A stretch of 64,000 nt of DNA from an uncultured delta proteobacterium (lineage in GTDB: Bacteria > Myxococcota_A > Polyangia > Polyangiales > Houyiibacteriaceae), in assembly GCA_963699755.1 (NCBI GenBank), contig CAVOVB010000002.1:224001-288000 (forward strand), in the 5' to 3' direction. A program made the translations under genes and the position numbers. Positions 12,545 through 23,122 of this stretch are shown in pieces (the stretch's first letter is position 1; every line of letters starts with the position of its first letter). The notes beneath the pieces were generated by a model, which was not told where the DNA came from, ran no database searches, and was given only the letters and a program-made list of their open reading frames with translations.

Positions 12545-14278
12545 ATGCCCCGAAAACGCGTGAGTCGCCTGTTCGACCTCAAGGAAGATGAGCACGGTCG
12601 TCAGTACATGGAAGTGTACCTCGATGGTATCGCGCTCCTGCGCTTGGTATTGAGCAACAAGGGTACTGCCTTCAGCTACGAAGAGCGCGTGGCGCTTCGA
12701 CTCGATGGCCTTCTTCCCCCCCAGTACAACACGCTCGCGCAGCAAATCGAGCGAGTCTACGAGGGCTTCGTCCAGGCCGCGACCGATATCGACAAATACC
12801 AGTACCTGCGTGCGGTCCAGGAGCGGCAGGAGATTCTCTTTTACGCGCTGCTCGAGAAGCATCTCGATGAAATGCTGCCCATCGTTTACACACCAACGGT
12901 TGGGGCCGCAGTGCAGCAGTTCAGCGCGCTTTACCAGAACCCGCGGGGTCTTTCCTATTCACCGCTCAACATCGATCGCGCCGAGCAAACGCTCGACTGT
13001 TACCCGATGGAAGACGTTCGCATGATCGTCGCAACGGACTCGTCCGCGATCCTCGGGATCGGCGACCAAGGCTATGGCGGTCTCGCGATTCCCATTGGAA
13101 AGATGGCGCTCTATACCGTCGGCGGTGGCGTGAGCCCATTCCACACGATGCCTGTGGCGCTCGACGTGGGCACCGATCGCATGGACCTGATCAACGACCC
13201 CGATTACCTGGGTGTCCGTCAGAAGCGTCTCCGTGGGGAGGACTACTACAAATTCCTCGACAAGTTCGTGGACGCGGTCTGGTCGCGTTGGCCCGACGCG
13301 GTGATCCAGTGGGAGGATCTTTCCAAGAGCTCCGCTTTCACGGTGCTCGAGCGATACCGGGACCGCGGACCTTCATTCAACGATGACATTCAGGGGACGG
13401 GAGCGGTCGCGCTCGCCGGCATCCTCGCGGCATGCCACCTCCGCAACGAAAGCCTGAAGGACGAAGTCTTCGTCATTCACGGCGCGGGTGCGGGTGGGGT
13501 CGGCGTGGCCTGGGCCATCCGGGAAGGCTTGGTTCGAGCCGGGCTGAGCCGTGCGGAAGCCAAATCGCGGGTCTTCGTGCTCGACTCCCAGGGACTTCTG
13601 CTCACCGACCGCGACATCGACGAGTACAAACGCGGATTCGCCCACGATCGAACGATCATCCGAGATTGGAAGTTCGAAGGTGACACGCCCGACCTGGTCG
13701 AGACGATTCGCAACGCGGGGGCGACGGTGCTCTTGGGCCTCTCCGGGAGACCGGACGCTTTCAACGAGGAAATCGTCCACGCCATGGCGGACAACCACAA
13801 GTGGCCGATCATCTTCCCGCTCTCGAACCCCACGAGCTCAGCAGAAGCCAAACCGATCGACATCTACCGCTGGACCAAGGGTCAGGCGATCGTGGCCACG
13901 GGCAGCCCCTTCGATCCGGTCATGATGGGCGGCGTCACTCACCCGATCGGCCAGGGCAACAACGCCTTCATCTTTCCGGGCCTAGGCTTCGGGGCGATCT
14001 TGGTCAACGCGAAGGCGATCACGGACGGCATGGTCTTGGAAGCTTCCCAAGCCCTTGCGAACTACACGATCGAGAAATACGTCGAAGGCGGTCTCATCTA
14101 CCCACCTGTCAGTGACCTCCAAGAAACCTCGGTTCGAGTCGCCGCCGCCGTGGTCAAACAGGCCATTGCCGACGGCGTAGCTTGCCGAAAGAACATTCCA
14201 GAAGACATCGAAGCATTCGTCCGAGAACGCTTCTGGCACCCAAGCTATCTGCCCTTCGTCCGGGGTCACTTAGACTAG
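12545..14278 (+). CDS. maeA: NAD-dependent malic enzyme
   Basis: NKGTAF, PIVYTPTVG, ILGIGDQG, FNDDIQGTG, GAGAGGVG, PLSNPT, GQGNNAFIFPG. Confidence 0.9.
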   Translation: MPRKRVSRLFDLKEDEHGRQYMEVYLDGIALLRLVLSNKGTAFSYEERVALRLDGLLPPQYNTLAQQIERVYEGFVQAATDIDKYQYLRAVQERQEILFYALLEKHLDEMLPIVYTPTVGAAVQQFSALYQNPRGLSYSPLNIDRAEQTLDCYPMEDVRMIVATDSSAILGIGDQGYGGLAIPIGKMALYTVGGGVSPFHTMPVALDVGTDRMDLINDPDYLGVRQKRLRGEDYYKFLDKFVDAVWSRWPDAVIQWEDLSKSSAFTVLERYRDRGPSFNDDIQGTGAVALAGILAACHLRNESLKDEVFVIHGAGAGGVGVAWAIREGLVRAGLSRAEAKSRVFVLDSQGLLLTDRDIDEYKRGFAHDRTIIRDWKFEGDTPDLVETIRNAGATVLLGLSGRPDAFNEEIVHAMADNHKWPIIFPLSNPTSSAEAKPIDIYRWTKGQAIVATGSPFDPVMMGGVTHPIGQGNNAFIFPGLGFGAILVNAKAITDGMVLEASQALANYTIEKYVEGGLIYPPVSDLQETSVRVAAAVVKQAIADGVACRKNIPEDIEAFVRERFWHPSYLPFVRGHLD

Positions 14279-14295
14279 GGACACGAGGAGATTTC

Positions 14296-14928
14296 ATGGA
14301 GATCGCCGTTGCGCTCTTTGAGCAGGTGACCGCATTGGATGCGATTGGACCCTACGAGGTTCTGCAACGACTTCCGGGTGCGCGGGTTCGTTTCGTTGGG
14401 CATCGCAAGGGCGAGATCCGAACGGACAACGGTTTTTTGGGGCTAATGGTCGACTTCCCTTTCCACGAGGTCGGCCAACCGGACATCGTCGTCATTCCAG
14501 GTGGGGTTGGGACTCGAGGCCTTGTGCACGATGATGTGATCCTCGACTGGATCCGTGGCGCTCACCAGACAAGTCTTTTCACGACGTCTGTCTGCACGGG
14601 CTCGCTGCTCCTAGCGGCGGCAGGTCTGCTGACAGGACATAAGGCGACGACTCACTTCTCTGCGCGACCGCTGCTTCTCAAGTACGGCGTGATTCCTTCC
14701 GACGAACGCGTGGTTCAGGAAGGAAAGATCATCACTGCGGCCGGAGTATCGAGCGGGATCGACATGGCACTGCGCCTCGCCGAGCAAGTCACGGACGCCA
14801 CGACCGCAAAAGCCCTGCAGCTCATGATCGAGTACGACCCGCGGCCGCCACACGATGCGGGCGCGCTGGAAAAGGTAGACGCCGAAGTTCTCGCCCGGGT
14901 CCAAGAGCTAGCGAATCTCGAGAGCTGA
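14296..14928 (+). CDS. DJ-1/PfpI family protein (isonitrile hydratase-like)
   Basis: LDAIGPYEVL, VVIPGG, TSVCTG, TAAGVSSGID; RBS GAGGAG before ATG 14296. Confidence 0.9.
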   Translation: MEIAVALFEQVTALDAIGPYEVLQRLPGARVRFVGHRKGEIRTDNGFLGLMVDFPFHEVGQPDIVVIPGGVGTRGLVHDDVILDWIRGAHQTSLFTTSVCTGSLLLAAAGLLTGHKATTHFSARPLLLKYGVIPSDERVVQEGKIITAAGVSSGIDMALRLAEQVTDATTAKALQLMIEYDPRPPHDAGALEKVDAEVLARVQELANLES

Positions 14929-14939
14929 ACCTGTCATCG

Positions 14940-14975
14940 AAAAAGGCAGAGCGCGGCGCGGTCCGCCCCACCGCC
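14940..14975 (-). terminator. Putative intrinsic terminator ending the minus-strand hsa operon
   Basis: On the minus strand an imperfect GC-rich stem (GGCGG...CTGCC) is followed by TTTTT, between convergent genes. Confidence 0.4.
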
Positions 14976-14993
14976 GTCCACACGAACGCCTAC

Positions 14994-15746
14994 CTAAGAG
15001 AGCGCGCCGCCGTCGGCTCGGATTTCGGTGCCGTTGATGTAGCGGGCATCGTCGGACGCCAGGAAGGCGATGACAGATGCTGCGTGTTTGGGTTTGGCGA
15101 AGCCGACGAAGGGCATGGCACCTTTGAGGAGCTCCATGTCGGCGCCTTCAGGTGCCTTGAAGTCGCCGTGCAGGGACGTCGCGATGCCGCCAGGGATGAC
15201 GCAGTTTGCACGAAGGCCCTGCTTCACATACTCCTGGTAGAGGGCGCGAGTCATCGAGAGGATGCCGCCCTTGGAAGCTGCGTAGGCGCTCATCCAGGGG
15301 TGACTCCCTAGCGCGGAAGTCGAGGAGCAGTTCACCAACGCACTGAAACGATTCTTGAGCAGGTGTGGTAGTGCCGCCTGATTCACGTAGAATGTGCCGT
15401 TCAGATTGATGTCGATGATCTCGTGCCACTGCTCGAAGGTCATCTCATGCGTGTGGTACGTGCGCAGGATGCCGGCGCAGTGACAGAGGGTGTCGAAGCC
15501 GCCCATGTCTTCGGCCGCTTGGTCGATCACCGCTTTGACGCGTGCGCCATCGGCGACATTGCACTCGTAGACCCAGGGCTTGACCCCTTGGGACTCGACC
15601 ATTTGCTTGGTGACGGCGAGCCCTTGTGCATCGATGTCGATGAGAGCGACGTTGCCGCCCTCCTCAGCGATGCGTAGAGCCGTTGCCTGTCCGATGCCTG
15701 CAGCCGCGCCGGTGATGACGACGTTCTTTCCTTCAAACCTTTTCAT
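14994..15746 (-). CDS. Short-chain dehydrogenase/reductase
   Basis: TGAAAGIG Rossmann motif; YAASK catalytic motif. Confidence 0.9.
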   Translation of the reverse strand: MKRFEGKNVVITGAAAGIGQATALRIAEEGGNVALIDIDAQGLAVTKQMVESQGVKPWVYECNVADGARVKAVIDQAAEDMGGFDTLCHCAGILRTYHTHEMTFEQWHEIIDINLNGTFYVNQAALPHLLKNRFSALVNCSSTSALGSHPWMSAYAASKGGILSMTRALYQEYVKQGLRANCVIPGGIATSLHGDFKAPEGADMELLKGAMPFVGFAKPKHAASVIAFLASDDARYINGTEIRADGGALS

Positions 15747-15774
15747 GGTACTTCTCGCTCTTCCTGGTTGGTCG

Positions 15775-16920
15775 CTAGTAACCGTGAAGCTCCGCCCAGC
15801 GCTGCCGATGCTGGGAAGGCTTTCCGAAAGTCATATAGGTTGCTTGTGCGCGCTTCATGTAGAAACCGATGTCATGGTCGTCGGTGACGCCGATACCACC
15901 ATGCATCTGAATGGCTTCCTTTGCGGCGTGCATGAAGGTTTCCGACGCTATGGACTTTGCCAGGGCCGCTAGGCGCGGTATCTCGTTCGGCGCCTCGTCG
16001 ATCGCGCGTGCGGCCGCCAGAACCACAGAACGGGTCAGCGTGATTTCCGTGTACACCGACACGGCGCGGTGCTGAAGCGCCTGGAACGAGCCGATCGGCA
16101 CCCCGAACTGCTCGCGCTCCTTGATGTACTCGATCGTGTCAGCGAAGGCCTGCTCCGATGCACCCAGCATCTGGGCTGCCAAGCCAACCGAAGCGCGATC
16201 GAGAATGGACTGCAGTAGCGCCCCGCCCGCGTCGATCTCGCCGACCACAGCCTCATTCGTCACCGAGATCGCATCGAGGCGGACGATAGCTGCGTTCAGC
16301 CCGTCGATTCGCGTCTGCCGCGTGATCGCGATCCCAGACTGCGCTGGGTCGACCAAGAACAGCGTCAACCCCTCTTGTGAAGTCGCAGCCGACACGATGA
16401 TCCGATCGGCGAGGTGGCCATCGAGAACCTGTAGCTTTTCACCACTGAGCTCGAAGCCTTCAGTAGTCTTCTTCGCCAGCGTCGCAACGTTCGTAGCGTC
16501 TCCGCGATTGCCAGCCTCCTCGTAGCCGAGTGCCAGCACCGTTTCTCCGGCGGCGACTCCGGGCAGCAAGGCCCTCTTCTGCGCATCAGAGCCGCCGAGA
16601 AGGAGCGCCTGGGTGCCGAGCAACAAGGTCGAGACGAAGGGTTCGGGCATGAGCTCCCTCCCGCTTTGCTCGAGCACCACGGCGAGGTCGAAGAAGCCGA
16701 GCCCCAAGCCGTCGTACTCCTCGGGGATCTGCAGACCGAGCCAGCCAAGCTCCGCCATGTCGCTCCAGAGGTCGCGAGAGAAGCCGACCTCGTCTTTCGA
16801 ATCGCGAAAGGTTCGAATGCGAGCCGCCGGCGCCCGCTCACGGATGAGCTCGTAGGCGGTCTTCGATAGCATCTTCTGCTCGTCGCTCAGGAGAAGGGAA
16901 GGCGCCCTATCCTCGGTCAT
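15775..16920 (-). CDS. Acyl-CoA dehydrogenase, partner subunit of a probable alpha2beta2 pair
   Basis: REQFGVPIGSFQALQH, IQMHGGIG; 4-bp overlap with the upstream ACAD. Confidence 0.88.
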   Translation of the reverse strand: MTEDRAPSLLLSDEQKMLSKTAYELIRERAPAARIRTFRDSKDEVGFSRDLWSDMAELGWLGLQIPEEYDGLGLGFFDLAVVLEQSGRELMPEPFVSTLLLGTQALLLGGSDAQKRALLPGVAAGETVLALGYEEAGNRGDATNVATLAKKTTEGFELSGEKLQVLDGHLADRIIVSAATSQEGLTLFLVDPAQSGIAITRQTRIDGLNAAIVRLDAISVTNEAVVGEIDAGGALLQSILDRASVGLAAQMLGASEQAFADTIEYIKEREQFGVPIGSFQALQHRAVSVYTEITLTRSVVLAAARAIDEAPNEIPRLAALAKSIASETFMHAAKEAIQMHGGIGVTDDHDIGFYMKRAQATYMTFGKPSQHRQRWAELHGY

Positions 16921-18122
16921 TTCTTCCCCTCCGGCAGGCCGAGCACCCGCTTCGAGACGATATTCTTCTGAATCTCGGATGAGCCGCCTTCGATGGTGCT
17001 CGCGCGTGACCGCAACCAGTCGCGGGTGTACTGGAGATCATCCTCTTCGAAGCCCGGCCCTTCCCAGCCGAGGCCCTGTATGCCGGCAACCTGCATGCCA
17101 AGCTCGAATCGCTTTTGCTTCAGCTCCGTGCCGACGATCTTGGTGATCGAGCCCTCGGGCCCGGGCGTCCCAGATTCTGCACTCTGCTGAATGCGAGCGA
17201 GCGTGAGGTGGAACGCCTCTTCGCGCATCCCCAGGGACGCCAGCTCGTCTCTCAGGAGCGGATCGGGGATCGCGCCTTCGGGTACCGCCAGGTGTTTTCG
17301 CGCCCGGGAAACGATCTCACGCTGCGCCGAACCTGGCTGACGGGCGATGGAGCGACCGATGGAGGAGCGCTCATGTCCGAGGATGGCTTTCGCAATCGTC
17401 CAGCCTTCGTTCTCAATGCCCACGAGATTGCCGACGGGCACCCGGACGTCATCGAAAAACGTTTCGCAGAATGGCGAGTAGCCACTGATGAGATCGATGC
17501 GGCGAATCGTGATCCCGGGCGTATTCAAATCCACCAGAATCACCGAAATGCCCATTTGCTTCTTCGGTGCATTCGGATCGGTTCGCGCGAGGCAGTAAAT
17601 CCAGTCGCTCAAGTCCGCGTGCGAGGTCCAGATCTTCTGGCCGTTGAGAACGAACTCGTCCCCATCGCGCGCAGCCTTGAGCTGAAGGTTCGCGAGGTCG
17701 GACCCTGCGTTGGGCTCAGAGTAGCCCTGACACCAGCGGACCTCGCCGCGTGCAATACCTGGCAGGTGCTGCGCCCGTTGCGCGTCGTTGCCGTACTCGA
17801 GCAACACGGGACCAAACATCGCCAGGCCCTGCCCCGCGACGGGACGAGGTACGCCAATCGCCTTCATCTCGGCATGGATGATCTGCTCCTGCTCGCAATT
17901 GAGGCCTCCACCGCCGTACTCCCTGGGCCACGCTGGCGCGGTCCAGCCTTTTTCGACGCCGAGATCGCGCCAGCGCAAGACGTCCGGATCCGTTTCCTCG
18001 CATTTCGAGCCGCCCCAGTACCCTTCGAATGGGCCGCTCCCGCTAGTCCTCCAAAGCGACTTCGGCGCGTTCTCACGAACCCAGGCGCGTGCCTCCGCGC
18101 GAAATGCCTCCGAGTCAGTCAC
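16917..18122 (-). CDS. Acyl-CoA dehydrogenase, catalytic subunit of a probable alpha2beta2 pair
   Basis: WCQGYSEPNAGSDLA, NGQKIWTS, TIEGGSSEIQKNIV...LGLP. Confidence 0.9.
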   Translation of the reverse strand: MTDSEAFRAEARAWVRENAPKSLWRTSGSGPFEGYWGGSKCEETDPDVLRWRDLGVEKGWTAPAWPREYGGGGLNCEQEQIIHAEMKAIGVPRPVAGQGLAMFGPVLLEYGNDAQRAQHLPGIARGEVRWCQGYSEPNAGSDLANLQLKAARDGDEFVLNGQKIWTSHADLSDWIYCLARTDPNAPKKQMGISVILVDLNTPGITIRRIDLISGYSPFCETFFDDVRVPVGNLVGIENEGWTIAKAILGHERSSIGRSIARQPGSAQREIVSRARKHLAVPEGAIPDPLLRDELASLGMREEAFHLTLARIQQSAESGTPGPEGSITKIVGTELKQKRFELGMQVAGIQGLGWEGPGFEEDDLQYTRDWLRSRASTIEGGSSEIQKNIVSKRVLGLPEGKK

Positions 18123-18126
18123 GCGA

Positions 18127-19155
18127 TTACTCCGCAGCTCCGGCCTTCTTCATGTCGAGAGCAACGTCCTCGATCATGTCTTCTTGGCCACCAACCGTCT
18201 TCATTCGGCCGAGCTCGACCAGGATGTCGGTCGACTTGAGTCCGTACTTCTCGGCTGCGCGCTTCGCGTGAAGCAAGAAGGACGAGTACACGCCTGCATA
18301 GCCAAGTGTCAGTGAATCGCGATCTGCGCGGACCTTGTGTGTCATCAGCGGGTAGACGATCTCTTCGGCCACATCCATGAGCTTCCACATGTCGACGCCA
18401 GTTTCGACTCCCATGCGGTGAAGTACGGCCACGAACACTTCGAGCGGCGTGTTGCCTGCACCAGCGCCCATGCCGGCGACGGAGCCGTCGATGCGCGCCG
18501 CGCCGGCCTCGATGGCCGCGAGCGAGTTGGCAATCCCCATGTGCATGTTGTGATGGCCATGGAATCCGACCTCGACGTCCGGGTCGAGCTTCTCACGAAG
18601 ATGGCCTACTCGCGTGGTCACATCGTCCGGCAGCATGTATCCAGCCGAGTCGGTGACGTAGATGCAATTGGCGCCGTAGCCCTGCATGAGCTCAGCTTGC
18701 TCGAGAAGCTCCTCGGGCCCGATCATGTGCGCCATCATCAGGAAGCCCACGGTGTCCATCTCCATCTCGGCCCCGAGGCCGATGTGCTGCTCCGAAACGT
18801 CAGCCTCGGTGCAATGCGTGGCCACTCGAATCGTTTGAACCCCGCAAGCATGGGCCATTCGCAGCTGATCGACGGTCCCGATGCCCGGGATCAACAAGGC
18901 CGAGATCTTCGCGTTCTTCATCTTGGGCACGACCGCCCGGAGGTACTCCTCGTCGGTCGCAGCGGGAAAGCCGTAGTTCACCGAGGCGCCGCCGAGACCG
19001 TCGCCGTGCGTGACTTCGATGAGCGGCACGCCGGCCGCATCGAGCGCAGTCGCGACCTCGACCATTTGCTCGGGCGTGAGCTGGTGGCGCTGGGGATGCA
19101 TCCCGTCGCGCAGGCTCATGTCGTGGAGCGTGACCTTCTTACCTTCGAGATTCAT
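18127..19155 (-). CDS. hsaF: 4-hydroxy-2-oxovalerate/2-oxohexanoate aldolase (HsaF/DmpG/TesG)
   Basis: [44 protein letters not shown]. Confidence 0.93.
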   Translation of the reverse strand: MNLEGKKVTLHDMSLRDGMHPQRHQLTPEQMVEVATALDAAGVPLIEVTHGDGLGGASVNYGFPAATDEEYLRAVVPKMKNAKISALLIPGIGTVDQLRMAHACGVQTIRVATHCTEADVSEQHIGLGAEMEMDTVGFLMMAHMIGPEELLEQAELMQGYGANCIYVTDSAGYMLPDDVTTRVGHLREKLDPDVEVGFHGHHNMHMGIANSLAAIEAGAARIDGSVAGMGAGAGNTPLEVFVAVLHRMGVETGVDMWKLMDVAEEIVYPLMTHKVRADRDSLTLGYAGVYSSFLLHAKRAAEKYGLKSTDILVELGRMKTVGGQEDMIEDVALDMKKAGAAE

Positions 19156-20048
19156 GCTGCCTCCGCACGCTGGATTTCTTCGGCGATGAGCTCGGCCGTT
19201 CGCAGCCCCGCTGCCGTCATGATGTCGAGATTGCCGGCGTACTTCGGGAGGAAGTCACCGAGCCCTTCGACCTCCATGTAGAACGAAACGCGGTGGCCAT
19301 CGAAGACCGGTCCGTTCTTGAGTGTGTAGCCCGGAACGTACTTCTGTACTTCGGCGATCATTCGCTCTGCCGACTCGATGATCTTTTTTTGCTTCGGAGC
19401 GTCCTTGGTCAAGCAGTGAATCGTGTCTCGCATGATGAGCGGTGGCTCGGCGGGATTGATGATGATGATGGCCTTGCCGCGCTCGGCGCCACCAACGACC
19501 TCCACTCCCTTGGCCGTCGTGCGGGTAAACTCGTCGATGTTCTTGCGTGTACCGGGGCCTGCCGACTTCGACGAGACCGTGGCGATGATCTCGGCGTACT
19601 CGACAGGCTGCACGCGGCTCACTGCGGCTACCATCGGGATGGTGGCCTGACCGCCGCAAGTCACCATGTTCACGTTCTGCTCTCCCCGCCCGACCATCTC
19701 CATCAGATTGACGGGCGGCACGCAGAAGGGGCCGATGGCAGCGGGCGTGAGGTCGACCATCTTGACGCCGTACTTCTTGACCAGCTCATTGTTCGACTCA
19801 TGCACATACGCGCTGGTCGCGTCCCAGGCGATCTGCACCTTGTCCTCGACGATGTGCGGCTCCATGCCCTTGACGCCGTCGGCAGTGGTCTTGAGGCCGA
19901 GCTTCTGCGCCCGTTTGAGCCCTTCTGATTCGGCGTCGATGCCAACCATCCAAATCGGTTCGATGATGTCGCTTCGAAGCGCCTTGTAGAGCAGATCGGT
20001 GCCGATGTTCCCGGACCCGATGATCGCTGCCTTCACTTTCGTCGTCAT
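19152..20048 (-). CDS. hsaG: Acylating aldehyde dehydrogenase (HsaG/DmpF/TesF)
   Basis: [36 protein letters not shown]. Confidence 0.93.
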   Translation of the reverse strand: MTTKVKAAIIGSGNIGTDLLYKALRSDIIEPIWMVGIDAESEGLKRAQKLGLKTTADGVKGMEPHIVEDKVQIAWDATSAYVHESNNELVKKYGVKMVDLTPAAIGPFCVPPVNLMEMVGRGEQNVNMVTCGGQATIPMVAAVSRVQPVEYAEIIATVSSKSAGPGTRKNIDEFTRTTAKGVEVVGGAERGKAIIIINPAEPPLIMRDTIHCLTKDAPKQKKIIESAERMIAEVQKYVPGYTLKNGPVFDGHRVSFYMEVEGLGDFLPKYAGNLDIMTAAGLRTAELIAEEIQRAEAA

Positions 20049-20062
20049 CTCTCGCTATTCTC

Positions 20063-20863
20063 CTATGTGAACCGCACCGAGGCCGTACCGATCCCATCGA
20101 CCTCGAGGCGCATTTCGTCTCCCGCCACCACCGGTTCGAGGGGCACCAGCGAGCCAGAGAGCACAACATCACCTGCGTTCAAGCTGATGCCGAATTCCGA
20201 CAGGGTGTTTGCGAGCCAGCTCACGCAATTGAGCGGCGAGTCAAGTGCCGCGGAGCCCAATCCCTCGCTGAGAAGCTTGCCGTTCTTGTAGACGCGCATC
20301 TTCAGGCGCGGAAAATCGAGCCCCTTCGGGTCGGCGTGCTCGTCGCCGAGGACGAAGAGGCCACAGCTCGCGTTGTCCGCTACGGTGTCCTGAATCTTGA
20401 CCTTCCAGTCATGGAGGCGGCTGTCGACGACCTCGAAACAGGCCATCACGTACTCGGTCGCGTCCAGGACATCCTCGTTGGTCACGCCAGGCCCCTTCAG
20501 GCCCTTTTTGAGCTTGAATGCGATCTCGCCTTCCGCGCGCGGTTGAATCAACTGCTCGCTGATCGGCATCGGTCCGCCGTTCGGATACATCATTTTGTCC
20601 GTGAGATAACCGAAGTCTGGCTGAAAAACACCGAGCATTTCCTGCACGGCTCGACTGGTGACCCCGATCTTCTTGCCGATGATTTTCTCGCCGTCTTCCT
20701 CGATGCGGCGGTTCACCATGCGCAGGGAAACGTGATACGCATCCTCGATTCGGATTTCCGGCCAGCGTTCGGTGAGTGGACTCAGCGTCCGACGTGCGCG
20801 CAAGGCTGCATAGAGTTCGTCTCCGAGCTCTTCAATCTTTTGCCGTCGCGCCGCATCCTCCAT
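20063..20863 (-). CDS. hsaE: 2-hydroxy-2,4-dienoate hydratase (HsaE/DmpE/TesE)
   Basis: GKKIGVTS, QPDFGYL, PRAEGEIAF, DTVADNASCG; adjacent to the aldolase and dehydrogenase. Confidence 0.9.
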   Translation of the reverse strand: MEDAARRQKIEELGDELYAALRARRTLSPLTERWPEIRIEDAYHVSLRMVNRRIEEDGEKIIGKKIGVTSRAVQEMLGVFQPDFGYLTDKMMYPNGGPMPISEQLIQPRAEGEIAFKLKKGLKGPGVTNEDVLDATEYVMACFEVVDSRLHDWKVKIQDTVADNASCGLFVLGDEHADPKGLDFPRLKMRVYKNGKLLSEGLGSAALDSPLNCVSWLANTLSEFGISLNAGDVVLSGSLVPLEPVVAGDEMRLEVDGIGTASVRFT

Positions 20864-20868
20864 ACCTG

Positions 20869-22059
20869 CTAGATGAAGAAATCCGAGTTGCTCTGGCCGA
20901 AGAGAACGCCACCCATGTTGGCAGCGGGCCCCTCGGGCCCGTTGGCGTGATGCAAACGGATTGCATGAATATCTTGGAAGTGACGGTTGACCGGATGGTC
21001 TTCGAAGGCAGCGCGGGCACCGCAGGCCACGAAGAGCTGTTCGACAACCTCCGTCGATACTCGCACCGCGCGCGCGGAGTCGTTTCGGAAGTGAACGCGT
21101 CGCTCGAGTGGGATCTTCTCGCCCTTCTCGAGATATCCAAACATCTCCTGAAAGTTTCGTCGCAAGGTCAAGACCTCACGGTCCAGGGCCGCCGCGGCTT
21201 CAGCCGCGATCATGCTGTTGGTGTACGAATCCTTGGCCTTGCCACCAGTTGCCTGAGAGACTTTCGTCTTCATGAAATCGATGTAGGAGTCCAATGCACC
21301 GAAGGCAGCGCCGACCGAAGGCGTGGACACCGATCGTACGTGAATCTGACCAAACGGGTACTTGTAGACCGGGGAGGGATTGATCTCGTTACCCGGGCTC
21401 TGCTGCCTGAACCCATCCGAGAATTTGTGCATGCGATGATCGGGAATGAACGCACCATCGACGACGACGTCCTTGCTGCCCGAGCCGCGCAAGCCTGACA
21501 CGTACCAGTTGTCGATGATCTCGTAGTCAGAACGCGGCACCAGGAAGGTTCGCATGTCGGGCGGCTTGCCCTCTTCCGTCGGCACAAAGCCGCCTAGGAA
21601 CGCCCACTCGCAAAAATCGCATCCGCTAGAAAAGGACCAGCGACCACTCAGTTTCACGCCGCCGTCGACCCACTCCGTCTTGGCAACCGGCATGTAGGAT
21701 GATGAGATCAACGTCTTGGGGTTCTCACGCCACACCTCGTCCTGAGCTTCCTCCGAAAACAGCGCGAGCTGCCAGGAGTGTACGTTGAGAACTCCATAGA
21801 CCCATGCGCTCGACGCACAGCCTCGCCCCAGCTCGAGCTGCAGGTCGAAGATGATCGATGGGTCCATCTCGTACCCGCCATAGCGCTTGGGTTGGACGGC
21901 TTTGAAGAACCCGAGCCGATGGAAGTCTTCGATCGTCTCATCCGGAAGGCGCCGCAGCTCGGCGGCTTTCTTGGACCGCTCCTGCAGCGTCGGAGCTAGA
22001 TCTCGGGCGCGCTGAATCAGCTCGTCGCGCGTGGGGATAGGGTTATGATCTCCGTCCAT
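20869..22059 (-). CDS. hsaA: Flavin-dependent monooxygenase oxygenase subunit (3-HSA 4-hydroxylase, HsaA-like)
   Basis: ACAD-fold monooxygenase: QPKRYGG, CASSAWVYG, ISSSYMP, GRWSFSSGCD, WYVSGLRGSGS. GGAG RBS before ATG 22059. Confidence 0.8.
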   Translation of the reverse strand: MDGDHNPIPTRDELIQRARDLAPTLQERSKKAAELRRLPDETIEDFHRLGFFKAVQPKRYGGYEMDPSIIFDLQLELGRGCASSAWVYGVLNVHSWQLALFSEEAQDEVWRENPKTLISSSYMPVAKTEWVDGGVKLSGRWSFSSGCDFCEWAFLGGFVPTEEGKPPDMRTFLVPRSDYEIIDNWYVSGLRGSGSKDVVVDGAFIPDHRMHKFSDGFRQQSPGNEINPSPVYKYPFGQIHVRSVSTPSVGAAFGALDSYIDFMKTKVSQATGGKAKDSYTNSMIAAEAAAALDREVLTLRRNFQEMFGYLEKGEKIPLERRVHFRNDSARAVRVSTEVVEQLFVACGARAAFEDHPVNRHFQDIHAIRLHHANGPEGPAANMGGVLFGQSNSDFFI

Positions 22060-22152
22060 GATGCTTTCTCCAGGGGCCATCGGCTCGTGCCGCGGGCGTT
22101 TGATCGTGCTCACATTCAACGCTTTACAGATGGTCCGCCTCAGTCCATAAAC

Positions 22153-22166
22153 TAGAACGTGTTCTA
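22153..22166. promoter_or_regulatory. KstR-type operator 1 (hsaA / amidohydrolase divergon)
   Basis: TAGAACGTGTTCTA fits TnnAACnnGTTnnA and overlaps the -10 of a minus-strand TGGACA-17-TAGAAC promoter. Confidence 0.85.
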
Positions 22167-22244
22167 GCCTACGGGCCAGGACATGTCCAGCGGGCCACTC
22201 TTGATCATAGGGCCCCGCTGAGGACCTCGAAAGGAAGCGATTTC

Positions 22245-23117
22245 ATGCCGATGCCAACGGGCCTCAGAGCCATCGACCTGATGATGAACATCCCCGACGG
22301 CGATCCTACAGCCTGGTACGAGTTCATCAAGCCGCTGCTGCTCGATGAGGAGAGCCAAGAGGTCTTCAAGATGCCGGCCCAGTACATGTTCAAGGACATC
22401 CCGGAGATCGGCGATCAGAAGGACTATGTCCACTACGCGATCGGCGAGATGGACAAATGGGGCATTCAGCGCGCGATGCTCGGGATTTCGGGACCCAACT
22501 CGACCAACCTCGAAGCCTGCCAAAACTACCCCGACCGCTTCTTTCCCTCCTATGGCGCCAACCCCAACAACGGCATGGCCGAGGTTCGGAAGATTCGGCA
22601 GCTCCACAGAGACCACGGTCTCAAGGCGGTGACCGGCTTCCCCTCGGGCCTCTGCCCGCAGGTTCCGCTGAACGACAAGAAGTACTATCCGATCTATGCG
22701 ACCTGCGTTGACCTGGACATCCCGATTTGCCTCTGCGTGGGGGTCCCAGGCCCGCGCATCCCGATGGCGCCGCAGAAGGTCGAGCACATCGATGAGGTGT
22801 GCTGGTTTTTTCCGGAGCTCAAGCTCGTCATGCGCCACGGAGGTGAGCCCTGGGTCGACCTCGCGGTCAAGCTGATGCTCAAGTACCCAAACCTCTACTA
22901 CAGCACGAGCGCCTTCGCACCGAAGCACTACCCGAAGTCGATCATCCACTACGCGAACACGCGCGGCGCCGACAAGATCATGTACGCCGGCTACTTCCCG
23001 ATGGGCCTCTCGCTCGAGCGTATCTTCACCGAGATGCGAGACGTCCCCTTCAAAGACAGGGTTTGGCCGAAGTTTCTCCGGGAGAACGCGATTCGCGTGT
23101 TCAAGCTCGAGGACTAG
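22245..23117 (+). CDS. Amidohydrolase-2 family metallo-hydrolase
   Basis: YYPIYATCVDLDIPIC, FPELKLVMRHGGEPW, YYSTSAFAPKHYP, DKIMYAG. Similar proteins occur in actinobacterial sterol clusters. Confidence 0.8.
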   Translation: MPMPTGLRAIDLMMNIPDGDPTAWYEFIKPLLLDEESQEVFKMPAQYMFKDIPEIGDQKDYVHYAIGEMDKWGIQRAMLGISGPNSTNLEACQNYPDRFFPSYGANPNNGMAEVRKIRQLHRDHGLKAVTGFPSGLCPQVPLNDKKYYPIYATCVDLDIPICLCVGVPGPRIPMAPQKVEHIDEVCWFFPELKLVMRHGGEPWVDLAVKLMLKYPNLYYSTSAFAPKHYPKSIIHYANTRGADKIMYAGYFPMGLSLERIFTEMRDVPFKDRVWPKFLRENAIRVFKLED

Positions 23118-23122
23118 CTACC

